Part shown: piece by piece, positions 47,974 to 60,243 of the stretch
How the letters are laid out: each line of letters begins with the position of its first letter
Position numbering within the stretch: the stretch's first letter is position 1
DNA from: Pecten maximus
Lineage: Eukaryota
Assembly: GCF_902652985.1 (NCBI RefSeq)
Contig: NC_047019.1
Location: forward strand, 1,426,001-1,490,000
Direction of reading: 5' to 3'
Length of the DNA stretch: 64,000 nt
Program-made: the position numbers and the translations under genes
Notes under the pieces: model-generated
The model's input: the letters and a program-made list of their open reading frames with translations, nothing else
The model's database searches: none
What the model was told of the DNA's origin: nothing

Positions 47974-50900
47974 ATGGAAATCGGGATAAAAGAAAATGAC
48001 CATACCGACGACCCATCTGAGGAATATCCTCAGCGTCACAAACAAAAGACTGCCGCACAATACGAACAGAAACCCGAGGACGATGTACAAACACCGCCTT
48101 TACAAACAAAACAGACAGATGATCCAGGCACACAAAATCCACAATCTCCCAGAAAGGAACATCGACAAAACCCAAAGGCAGAGAATTCTAAAAGTGGTGG
48201 GAATAAGAAGAAGGGAAACGCACCAAAGAAGAAACCTGAACAAAAGCATACATACCATGGACTGTGTGATGTTATCTTCCACTACCTCTCCAGCACAGAG
48301 ACTGCAAGGAGGTTCCTCCACGGCAAACTCCCGTCCAACGTCACGGTCCTGAAACAGAATGAGGAGGAGGAAGGTGGGAATCAGTAAATCATGTCTGTTT
48401 ATTTTTTCGTGAAACGAATAAAAAAAATCTTTATCTTAACACTTTATCAAACATACAAGTCTGATTAATCAGAAAGATATGTAGTTACGCCTTAATATAA
48501 CAATATGTCATCGGTATGCTTCTATAAAAAAATCAATAACACGACTTCTTAACTATAGTACAGGTCGTACTAAGCGGAATGCACTGTATTAATGAGGTAT
48601 TTTTATCTTTTAGTTTTAGGTCAATGAAACATTATGGTGGCTTTTAATTGCTACATTTTCTCTTTGTATTTAATATCTTTTTTTCTCACTTTCTAGGGGA
48701 GAAATCTTTTGCTGATTGTAACCGAAGCCTACGGTCCACGCTGGACCTCCCTGTGGGCACCATTGTACAGGATATTGAAACATTGCTATTCCGAGCCTGG
48801 TTTTGTTACCAAGAAGAAGCCGAGATGTTGGCATGGATGGAGGTTCTGCCGGCAGAACGTCGGGCCTACAGCCTATCTAACAAGCTAGCTTCTATTAACA
48901 TGCTCGCAGGCACAGTGTCCGGGGGTGCTATGGTATCGCCAACTGTATTTGTCAACCATTGGTCGATCCCGCAAAATGTGCAAGTCACATTTGAACACGA
49001 TGAAGAAGTTTTGTCTATCACCAGAGTGCAGTTAACCACTAACCCTTCTGAAGAAGTCAAGGAGGTGATGGAAATACCATATAATACATTAACTGATACC
49101 GTGATAGCCCATTACAGCAACAATGCATGGTGCCTTTACATTGGATTGAAAAACCCACCAAAACTGCTGGAAAAATCTCAGACTCAGAGACGAAAATCTA
49201 CCTTTATCGAGGAGAAAAGGTTGGTTCGCCTGTCATCCGTCACAATTGAAGATATAGGCGATACGTCTGTATTATGTATAGAAGTTCCTGACGTTAAAAC
49301 ATCCGGGTCCTGTGCGAAGAAGGAATCAGGTGAACAAGATGGAATGTGGGCGGTTATAGCCAGACTAAAGCGGCACGGTTTCTCCATTTCCTATGCCAGC
49401 GTTTCAAATATAGCCTCAGAGGACCGCCAAGTAAGCGAAATTAAGTTCAACACATTTGATCTTGATTATGCATGGGAATGTCTTCTCTCTTGCGGATTTA
49501 AAGTCAGAGATGCTATAACTCAGCAGGCGATGGTGATGCTTGAGGAACAAAAATCTGCTCTGACTCCAGAAATTTTCCATGAAATGACAATTTCAGCTGA
49601 CATTAGTCAGTTTTTCGAATTCGAAAGAATTCTAGCGAAAAGCCTACAAAATGTCTACCGTCCGAATGTCATAGACGAAAGGGAGGAGCTACCGTCTCAT
49701 TTTTCTTTGACACGGCGTATCGTTGTTACTCCAACACGGATGATTCCACTTCGGAAAGAGCCAATTGTCCAAAATAGGATTATTCGCCAATATAATGACG
49801 ACTTCTTCATCCGTGTGATATTCAGAGATGAAGATTTTACACGATTGAGTGCTGCACGTTCGGAAGGATTGAAGAATATCACGGGACGGATACGAAAATT
49901 CATGGACGCTGGATTCAAAATTGGTGAAAGGAGATATGAGTTCTTAGCCTGTTCAAACAGCCAGCTACGTGAACACGGAGTGTGGTTCTTTTGTCCAAAC
50001 AACGGCGAGACTGCAGAAAGCATCAGAATCGCGGCTGGTGACCTCACAAAAGAGACTTGCATTGCCAAGTATGTGTCGCGCATGGGTTTGTGTTTCTCTG
50101 CGTCTAGAGCTACAGTTGAAGTCGACGTAGACCATGGTTCTGTGAAATTCACTGAGGACATAAAATCAGGACCTTTTTGCTTCACAGACGGCATAGGGAA
50201 GATATCAGTTCCCTTGGCGAAAAAGGTAAAACCAACACGAGAGACAATAGCCCGATATCAATCTTAGATTAGAGACAATAGCCCGATATCAATCTTAGAT
50301 TAGAGACAATAGCCCGATATCAATTTTAAATTAGAGACTATATCCGGATATCAATCTTGAATAAGAGACTATATCCGGATATCGATCTTGAATTAAAGAC
50401 AATAGCCGGATATCTACCTAAGTGTAACGCCAAATATCTTCATATCTTATATTTTATTCTACCTCCCCACAAACAATATCAAAATATTGGTTGATATTGA
50501 TATTCTACTTTATAGTATTCACTAAGATGGCCTTATAACCCTCTTTATGCATCTCCTGTCAGCGTACTTTAAAACACTTGCATTATGTTAAAAATAACTG
50601 ATATATTTTAACTGCAGTTATAAATCTCGATACCGACCGCGTTTGTAGCAAATAATACAGAAATAAAAAAAAATCAATAAAAAAAAAAAAAAAAAAATCT
50701 TTGTTTCCTAATTTTTAACAGTCTTAAAAAAATCTGAGAGATGATGATCACTTTGTGAAATTGTTCGTACTCCAGGACAATAAAACAACAATACAGTAAT
50801 GAGCATGTATCTCTGTTTTTAGGTTGCGGATTCATTACGGATGGATCCAGTTCCCTCCGCATTTCAGATCCGTTACGGTGGCTGTAAAGGTGTCGTCTCC

Positions 50901-53900
50901 AAGGATCCCACTCTTGGAAATTCAGAGCAAATCCACATCCGAGAAAGCATGCGCAAATTTGATTCTCCATCGAAAAATCTTGAAATATTACAGACAACTC
51001 ATCCAGGTAATTACAAAATGATTACTTAAAACGTTAAAATGACTTGTTAATTACCCTCGCAAAACAAAATAACAACAAACAAAAAAAAACAAAAAAAAAG
51101 AACACCTTTCTCTTGAACAGATAACATAGATAACATATCCATCAGAAACATTATCTATTTATGATGTGTTTGATTAAATCACCAGGTCAGCTATACCTAA
51201 ACAGACAAGTGATCACTCTAATGTCTGGCCTTGGAGTCCCAGATACAGTATTCCTATCACTGCAGGAGAAAATGCTCTTCAACATGGCTGACATGCTTAT
51301 TCGTAGCAGCAGAGCCCTGCGTGCACTAGCAGATGTAAGTTTGTGTTAAGCGTGTTCGGTTTTGTTTTATACAATTTATAATGACATAAAAACTAAAACA
51401 GCAATTTGGTTATTGTCATTGAATTATGCCATCATATATCTGTTTAACATGAGAACGGCTGATATTTCACTTGTATAGGAAAAATCAACTGATATAACAT
51501 ATAGATTTAGTATGTACTATATCAACCCCAAAAAATAACCAGTGAAAAGAGGGGTGCCCATTTAGGCCTTTCTACAGCAAATCAGTGATAGTGATAATAT
51601 TTTGAAAGAAGATCATTTCAAGATTTGAAGAATTAAGTTGAAAAAACAGTAGATAATGATAAAGTAGGTCAAGTTGACATTTTTTATGTGAAATACTTTA
51701 AGAAATTACTAAAATCTTCCATTAACAAACCCAATATATTGACAACGATTACGGTATCATGATGTCCTGGAGATAATCCATATTTGTCGAGTAACTGATC
51801 CGCAGAAAGCAATGTGACCTTGACCTACTTTATAATTTATTTACTGTTTTTATCAACTGAAATATTAAAAGATGCTAGTTATTTAACAGCTTACTGCAAT
51901 ATTTAGTTTGTAAGAACTTCAACAACATCAAAATGTTCATTTTACACCCTCCCACTTTGACCCCAATTTTTCTATGCGCCAACACAAAATCGGATGTTTT
52001 GAACATTATGCAAGATGCAGCTCATATCAAAGTATTTTCCTGCAAAATGTTAATTTTATCACTGAATTACCACAGAAAGGTCCAAATTGGCAGCCCTCCT
52101 TAGGTATCATTTCCTCATTATGCAGAATTTACTATAGTCAATGGTTCTCTTCAAAGATAAACGGAACATTCTACTTTCATTATTATATAAACCAGGATTA
52201 TAATTGACATTCAGAGTATAACAGTTTGTACTGGTGCTCAGTAGTGTCACTAACATAATATTTCATGTAATTAAATATCAGTTATATAAGTTTGTTCATC
52301 ACTAATTACAGGTCAATATAGGAATAAGATATAAGGACTTGATGAAGGCTGGGATATCTTTTACTGACGAAGCGTTCTTCAGATCAGTGCTGATGACAAT
52401 ATACAAACGCAAACTTGGTGAGTTGATCCGAAAAACCAGAATTGAAGTAGATTATGACCAGGGCAGAATCATGATGGGAGTTGTCGACGAGACAGGGATA
52501 CTGATGTATGGACAAGTCTTTATCTCATACACGAAGCATGACGGAATGAATTTCAAAGGTACTCAGATTCTTGAGACAGAAGTCGTCGTCGCTAAAAATC
52601 CCTGCTTTCATCCAGGTGATTTGCGTAAATTCCAGGCAGTTGATGTACCAGAACTCCATCATCTCGAAGACTGTATTGTTTTCCCTCAAAAAGGACAAAG
52701 ACCACACCCAAATGAGATGTCTGGCTCAGATTTAGATGGAGACATGTACTTTGTGTGTTGGGATAAGTCTATGCATCCTCCGGGAGAAAACAAAGAAGCC
52801 ATGGACTATGGAAATGCTATCCAGCAAAACATATACAGAACAGTGCAAGTGTCGGATGTGACAAACTTTATATCAGAATACATCAGAAACGATCAGCTAG
52901 GCGTTATCGCCAATGCACACGTTGTGCATGCAGACTTAAAAAATATATTTTGTCCAGAATGTATCACACTATCGAAGAAACATTCGGATGCCGTAGATTT
53001 TCCAAAGACCGGGGTTGTACCAGAAATGACTGCTGACTTGAGATGTGAAAAGTATCCAGATTTTATGATGAAATCTGACAAACCTCGATATACATCGAAT
53101 GGTGTATTGGGGAAATTGTACCGCCAATGTAGATCATTGGAGCAAGCCCACAACCGTACGTATGATTTGGACCTTCTCCAAAGCGCCACTGTTGTTGATA
53201 CGACCTTGCGGTATCCTGGATACGAAACATACTTAGACTCTGCACGTCTATCCTACGACATGTACAATGAAAAGATCTTACAATTGATGTCTCTATACGG
53301 AATAGAAACTGAAGCAGAAATTGTCACCGGTATCATACAGAAACTCAAGAAGAAGCGTGGTTACCTCCAGAATGAAAAATACGAAGTAGGGAAAATAATC
53401 CAGGGCAAGATGAGCGTTATCAGGCAAAAGGTGCGTAATGACTTCTTCGAGGAGTTCGGCGGGGAAGAGGAAGGAAAATCCCTTTCTTCAGGGAACAGGA
53501 ACAAATTCCTTGCAAAAACGTCGGCATGGTACGTTGTTGCCTATGACGTAAGGTTTCAGAGCGTCACGACAGGGAAGCGGTTTGTGAGTTTCCCGTGGAT
53601 AATGAGTGAGTTTCTGTCTGATATAAAGGCAACTGCAGGTCACTCTACTAGCGGAGAAACCATTAACATACCAACTGATCAAGAACGATTAATGCTGGTC
53701 CGAATAGGTTCTTCAGTAATTCGGCATTACGATATGAGATACGAAGAGCGAATGTACACATTTCAGCTTCTGAATGAATGTGTTGACTTGATTTCTCGTA
53801 ACCTCCATCGGCATTATGACACAACGATACGTTTGTCACTAACAGGAATGCAGTCTTTGTGTCTGATGGATATGTACTCTCGCGAAATTTGCATCTGTCT

Positions 53901-55953
53901 GCAATCGGAAAAGCGATTGAGCCCCCCTGATTTCAATAGACTGGTTGATAGTGTTATGCATGGTTGTTGGCCTGTAGCTCAAGGATCATTCTTGTTTCCA
54001 CTATATGAGGAAACAGTGACTGTCACTTTCACCCAAGATACCGTCAACGTGCAGAGAACGAATTTCATCAGGCAACAACTGCAGACACGTCCATGCTATA
54101 CACTCATCATGACATTTCTTCTCGACTGGGCGAGGAAGTATGGACTTATTGGAAGATCGAGAATGTCATCGTTTAACGAAGTTGTCTTTGCAATACTGGT
54201 TCTCCACCTCCTGTCAGATGGTGACAATAACTCCACAAAATCAATACGTGACGACGTTAGGCAAACAGATGGATCTCCTTGCTTTCCGGGAAAGATTACA
54301 TCGAACGACCAGGCTGACACAGCTAGGCTGCTGCTGGCCGTCTTAAGGACGTTCAACTCTTTACTGAAAAGAGATCAGAAAGGTGACATCCGAATACAAA
54401 CGGTAGATCCGACAGATAGGAACGGCAAACGTTTGCTAGTGCCCAAAAAACTGGAATGGAGGACATGCAAACATCTGATAGAGGAAATTCTCTTCGCTTA
54501 CCAAGAAATTGCAAAATCCCGATCGGTCAATGTCTTCTTTGAACACAAGATCATTGAAGAGAGTCACCTAATGATGAATCTGCCGTTGGAAATATGGGGA
54601 TCTGTGATGCACGCAGAAACTTACACTGCCAGGAGGCTGTCAGAAGAAACTGGTGCCGAAATCAGCATACGAAGGAAGTCATTTAGGGATACCCCAGGGC
54701 TTATACTTGAAGCGTGGGGAACAAGCGAGGCACTGTTCAATGTTCAACAATCCCTTCAAGATCTCAACGATAAATCCTCTAAGTTCATTACCACCTCAGC
54801 CCGTGACAAAGCCTTCATTGATGGCGCGTTCAAGCACTTATTTTACGGGGCAACAAGTTCTGAGCAGCAACTCACATTCACACGGTATTACGGCAAACGT
54901 CAACCGCATCACAAGGAACTCCCGTTATACGTTGCGTCCGTTGACTCACCCAACCAGGATACCAGTGTATGTCAAGACATGTTTAAAGAAGTATTCCGGA
55001 GACAGTTAGAGGTTATCCGACAGGATTTCGAGAACACCTACCACGGAGATCTTAGAATGGCACTAACATTTGGAATATACTACTTAATCTATGTAGATAA
55101 CCCACAGTTCACGATTTCAGAACTTGAAATGGAAATGGAAAGCCATGCCAACCGCGCGGAAAAAAAGTTAGAACTGAACTTGCCAGGACGTGGGAGATGG
55201 CGAAATCGCAAAAGGCACGGTCGTTTTACAAAACCTAAACCAAGACATATACGTGGATCGTTCATGCCTGTTGAATGTGACAAAAGCAATGTCGGTGCTT
55301 TCCTTGAAAACTCTTGTTTTAAAGAACGTCATGAAGAAGTGAAATATCACGCAACCTTTTCGATCGGCAATCAAGATTATGGGAAACGACACGAAGGTCT
55401 CGTAATCCTTGACAAAGATCTCGTATTCATTGAAATGCGGCTGTCAGACTTGAAGTGGATGGCTGTTGACGTCTGTCGTGGGTATGGGGGCAAGTCCAAT
55501 ACGAATAAACGCTTGGATGTCCGATGTAAACTTCAGTCAAGACGTGTCATGGATTTGGAGGGAGTGCAGGAAATGGCAGATACGAAAGTCCTCTTGGATC
55601 GTAACACACCTGTATTGGTGAAACCAAGCATTAATGCCCTGTATGTTTCTACGGAGTTTAGGGACAGAGTATCGTTCGTGAGAGAGAAGCATGTGAAATC
55701 GTACCGTTACGACGGCCCAGTGAATGAGTACAGCATATGGCGGGACATGAGTATTGAAATAGCACGTGTAGTTGAGTATTCAATACCAGATGCAAGTGGC
55801 AGATTTCAGGACATAGTGGAAAAACAGGAAGCCACTGTGTTACCTAAACTTCCTCAACTGGAAACAGCAGATGCTGAATGGGAGCAGTACGCACAAGACA
55901 TCTGGGAACTTATAGAATATTTAGGGAAACAGTTTGATTCAGACATGATGTAG
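47974..55953 (+). CDS. Cellular RNA-dependent RNA polymerase (RNAi-type, RDR/Rdp1/EGO-1 family), ~1967 aa, with a long C-terminal multidomain extension
   Basis: Phase-compatible coding exons 47974-48373, 48697-50225, 50823-51006, 51186-51334 and 52312-55953 (5904 nt). Family motifs: VTPTR, NRIIRQY..FIRVIFRDE, YEFLACSNSQLREHG.WFF, KYVSRMGLCFS, FTDGIGKIS, PSAFQIRYGGCKG, YLNRQVI, MMGVVDETG.L.YGQVFI, KNPCFHPGD, FPQKG.RPHPNEMSGSDLDGD.YFVCWD (catalytic, 52729-52743), HSDAVDFPKTG, YPDFM, FPW. Start codon less certain. Confidence 0.95.
50241..50412. repeat. 31-bp tandem repeat, ~5 copies (RdRP intron)
   Basis: Unit GAGACAATAGCCCGATATCAATCTTAGATTA. Confidence 0.9.
51547..52100. mobile_element. MITE-like element with imperfect ~44-bp inverted ends, containing an inner inverted-repeat pair (51637-51860)
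   Basis: AGAGGGGTGCCCATTTAGGCCTTTCTACAGCAAATCAGTGATA versus TATCACTGAATTACCACAGAAAGGTCCAAATTGGCAGCCCTCCT. Inner pair TAAAGTAGGTCAAG / CTTGACCTACTTTA. Confidence 0.55.
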
Positions 55954-56122
55954 AAGAGAACTTATAGAATATTTAGGGAAACAGTTTGATTCAGACATGA
56001 TGTAGAAGAGAACTCATAGAATATTTAGGGGAACAGTTTGATCCAGACATGATGTAGAAGAGAACTTATAGAAAATTTAGGGGAACAGTTCGATTCAAAC
56101 ATGATGTAGAAGAGAACTTATA
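55906..56122. repeat. 52-bp tandem repeat (4 copies) containing the RdRP stop codon
   Basis: Unit GAACTTATAGAATATTTAGGGAAACAGTTTGATTCAGACATGATGTAGAAGA. Confidence 0.95.
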
Positions 56123-56914
56123 AAATACAAGAAAGTACAGGGTTAAGATGTATCCCAGCATCGTGCCCCACTACCACTATGTTTATGCATATCCTGACTA
56201 GGTTGTCGACTTAGACTTGTGTGATTGTGTGTGGTAGTTAGTTAGGTCCATTTTTTCATCTCAGTTTCAAAAACAGGCTAAGTAATGTTACAGTACTTAC
56301 CATCCTTTATATTTCCATAAGAATACATGCCGTCATGGTTTTCATTTTCAAAGTCATCTATTCTAATGGCTTCCCTTTTGGCACATTGACTTTACATAAG
56401 TGTAGGAACATGACGTCTAGTGTGATAATACTTGTGTACAGTGTACATGTAGACAATCACTATGTATTCCATATTTCGTATTTTACAGTATTACTATTAC
56501 TTATAACGTATACAACTTAAGTATTGCGATTAGTTTTTCCATACACCAAAATATCCAATAGGTTTATCAACATAATATCTAAATTTAATTTCTGTATTTT
56601 CACATTTTGGTTTTGCGTCTAAATCATTTTTCACAAGTTGTGGAAACATTTTGGTATTTAAAATAGCAATAAATTTACTAAAATTATGTCAACAAACACA
56701 TATCTACGTATCAAACCAAGTAGATATTCATTTACGTAAACTGATATTGATCACAACAAGTACACGTCGATTTACTTGAACTGATATATCTCACCCTGTG
56801 AGTCTCCTGTATATCTTAATGTCCCCATCAGAGTAGATAACGCCCTCTCACACTGTGACCCTCCTGTATATCTTAATGTCCCCGTCAGAGAAGGTGATCC
56901 AACTGCTTTAGTCG

Positions 56915-57558
56915 TCCATACATGTTCGACCTGATGACAGGTATGTCTGCTCTGGATCTCCATACATGTTCGACCTGATGACAGGTATGGCTGCTTTGGT
57001 CCTCCATACATGTTCCGCCTGATGACAGATATGTCTGCTTTGGATCTCCATACATGTTAGACCTGATGACAGATATGTCTGCTTTGGATCTCCATACATG
57101 TTCGACCTGATGACAGGTATGTCTGCTTTGGTCCTCCATACATGTTCGACCTGATGACAGGTATGGCTGCTTTGGTCCTCCATACATGTTCCGCCTGATG
57201 ACAGATATGTCTGCTTTGAATCTCCATACATGTTAGACCTGATGACATATATGTCTGCTTTGGATCTCCATACATGTTCGCCATGATGACAGGTATGGCA
57301 GCTTTGGATCTCCATACATGTTCGACCTGATGACAGGTAGGGCTGCTTTGGATCTCCATACATGTTCGACCTGATGACAGGTATGGCTGCTTTGGTCCTC
57401 CATACATGTTCCGCCTGATGACAGATATGTCTGCTTTGGATCTCCATACATGTTAGACCTGATGACAGATATGTCTGCTTTGGATCTCCATACATGTTCG
57501 ACCTGATGACAGGTATGTCTGTTCTGGTCCTCCATACATGTTCGACCTGATGACAGGT
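56915..57558. repeat. 44-bp tandem repeat, ~14 copies
   Basis: Unit CCATACATGTTCGACCTGATGACAGGTATGTCTGCTTTGGATCT; it explains the overlapping repetitive minus-strand ORFs. Confidence 0.96.
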
Positions 57559-58587
57559 AATCAATACGTACACAAAGCATGGCCATTTGTATTGTTGTCC
57601 AGGATTATATACCTCTACACAATAGTGAAATACTTTATGTGATAAAAGTAACCGTGACCCAGACGAAAGTCCTTTACTCATTTTCGAAGAAAGGCCAATA
57701 AGTATAGTTATGACAGGTTCAAAATGCAGTCAAAGCTGCATATAGCGGTCAAGACAAATGTGTTTTTTCTGCAAAGGTTTGATAACTGTGAAACATTTTG
57801 CATAGAAACAGGTGACCTACGTAGATAGTTTTTATGTAGAGTTTGTGAGTTTGCTGTATAGAGGTGATATTTTTATAAAAGGTTTTTTTATGCCTGTGAT
57901 CTTTATAGATTAAATACATTTGGCATCTATACATTTTCTATGATCTTGCTGTTTTTGTTATATACAGGCGAGCGGGGTACAATATAAATTGAAGATTTTG
58001 GTGTTTACTTATACGTGTAGATTTATGACTATAATTGAACATAGTTGTTCAATATGTATTATTGCATTTAGTTTGTGATACATGCATTTTTATATTGTTT
58101 TTCAAATGTATATTTTTGTATATCTTATATTGACCAAATTTATTTGGTATAGAATCATAGAAATGTATTTTTTATAGTTTTTTTTTTTATTATTTTTAAG
58201 ACATTTTAAATGCATAAATACAAAGGAACCACACAATATTTATGGTTTACAATTATCATAATATCATCTTCACCATCATCATGACCAAGATACTTCATCA
58301 TCATCATACTCATCCTCATCATCATTAGTATCATCATTATCATCATCAATTAAACTAGGACGAGAAGTACATATAAAACCATAAATACTCTTATATATGT
58401 GTAAACATTCAGATCAACATACATACACCCTCACACACACATACATATTCAGTTTCCTGGTAGCCTGATCAATCCTGTCGAGGGCTCAGCTTCTGTGTTG
58501 GTCATTGTCATGTAACTTAACATTTGGGATGATAATCAGAAAAATCATGAATTATTTACTGAATATACAGCTTAATGTATGCTAAGA

Positions 58588-59211
58588 TTGGTTTGGTTTG
58601 GTTTATTTTGTTTAACGTCCTATTAACATCTAAGGCCATTTAAGGACGACCTCCCGTGCGTGCGACATGCATGCGTGTGGCGAGTGCGTATGTATGTTTT
58701 GGGAGGCTGCTGTATGTTCGTGTTAAGTCTCCTTGTGATAGGCCGGAACTTTTGCCGATTTAAAGTGCTATCTCACTGAATCATACTGCCGAAGACAACC
58801 AGCAGCACACCCCACCCGGTCACATTATACTGACAACGGGCCAACCAGTCGTCCCACTCCAGATATGCTGAGCGCCAAGCAGGAGTAGCAACTACCATTT
58901 TTAAAGACTCTGGTATGTCTCGGCTAGGGGACAGAACCCAAAACCTTCCTCACAGCGGCGAACGCTCAACTAAAGGCCAAAAGTGAGGCATTGTCAAGGG
59001 AGACATTAGGAAGAAGAAAGTTATCAAGAAAGAAGAGAAAAGATAAGATCCCAAGTTTAGTCGCCTCTTACGATCATGCAATGGGGGCAGCAGGTACAAT
59101 TCTTACGCCCTACCTGGGGCAGCGGGTACAATTCTTACGCCCTACCTGGGGCAGCGGGTACAATTCTTACGCCCTACCTGGGGCAACAGGTACAATTCTT
59201 ACGCCCTACCT
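58588..59211 (-). mobile_element. SINE sharing its 3' tail with the 626-840 element, ending in four 32-bp tandem copies (59083-59211)
   Basis: Tail TTTGTTTAACGTCCTATTAACA..AGG.CATTTAAGGACG shared with 638-679. Mollusc SINE-like core CCCGGTCACATTATACTGACAACGGGCCAACCAGTC. Confidence 0.75.
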
Positions 59212-59531
59212 GTGTGAAGAAGAAACTGATCGTTCCGGACGTTATTTACTGAGGATCATTGATAGCTGTAACGAAGTAATTCATGTCTGAGATTAAAATA
59301 ACAGGGAGCTACTATATCTTAACAAAAATTATTATGATAGATAAAAATAGTAGTTTTAGAAAAGTATCCAATTGTAAGAAATGTTCACAGAATTATTTTA
59401 TCATTCTTAAAAGTGTTTATAATTATGGGTGTACCTCTCGTTCCCTATAATGGAATTGGCTGCTGATATAATGGTTTGTGTGTAAAAGAGGAGTGTCTTG
59501 GTCACATAACTAGCTCGGGATCGACATGATT

Positions 59532-59597
59532 TCGCTTTAGCTTAAAGGTTAGATGACTGCTCGGAGACCGAGAGTTCGCTAGTTCGAGTCCCAGCGA
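59532..59597 (+). other. tRNA-like relic
   Basis: TCGCT/AGCGA ends, D-arm-like TAGCTTAAAGGTTAGA, CTCGG-AGA-CCGAG stem and GTTCGAGTC. The anticodon loop is too short for a functional tRNA. Confidence 0.4.
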
Positions 59598-60199
59598 TGA
59601 GGGTGTTTTATGATTCGTGTACATTATGTATATACAATATACCACTGGACAATTTATTCATCATAAATGATTATCTAGCAAACGGACCACGATTTTACTA
59701 ATAATACGTATCAGATAATTAAGTTGTTGGTATGACAGAACTACCATACTATGCTAGTGTAATTATGCTTGAAAGCTCTGAATCGAATTCATTCAAAATA
59801 CGATATCTGATTTATAAACAATATAAACACTCTTTCAGTTGACATTCCTTCTTTCGCAGCAGAGTACATGTAGTTTAAAACGACAAATATCGGTCAAACT
59901 TTGCACTTATCCGTGGCCAGCGGAAATAATGGTATTTAGTCTGTGTGTATACACAGTGTATATAAGTACGTATATTAGCACATTCCTCTTTTATTTCTCC
60001 TTCCGATTTTGACAGCTCACCGAATTAACATACATTTGTTTTATGAATTCATTTTCGTTGCTTAAGGGCAGAATTATTAACCAGACCTCAAACATCAACA
60101 TGAATTTTGTAGGTTTGGGGTAAATCTGTAAAAAAAAGTATACGTAATATATTGTAACATTTTATTTACAATTCCAATATCAACATTCTGAATGATTAT

Positions 60200-60243
60200 A
60201 GTTTCACTTTCGTTTTACGCTCATACTTGGAAAGCTTTTCCAT
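60200..60243. promoter_or_regulatory. ISRE/IRF-type motif with adjacent kB-like palindrome
   Basis: AGTTTCACTTTCGTTTT (60200-60216; reverse AAAACGAAAGTGAAACT) and TGGAAAGCTTTTCCA (60228-60242). Confidence 0.4.

Noticed and set aside
47962-55953. Endogenous viral RdRP
   Set aside because: The motifs are those of the cellular double-psi-barrel family (DLDGD), not viral palm GDD, and the gene has spliceosomal introns.
56772-57681. Several overlapping minus-strand ORFs up to 257 aa
   Set aside because: Generated by a 44-bp tandem repeat; all frames give the same cyclic peptide.
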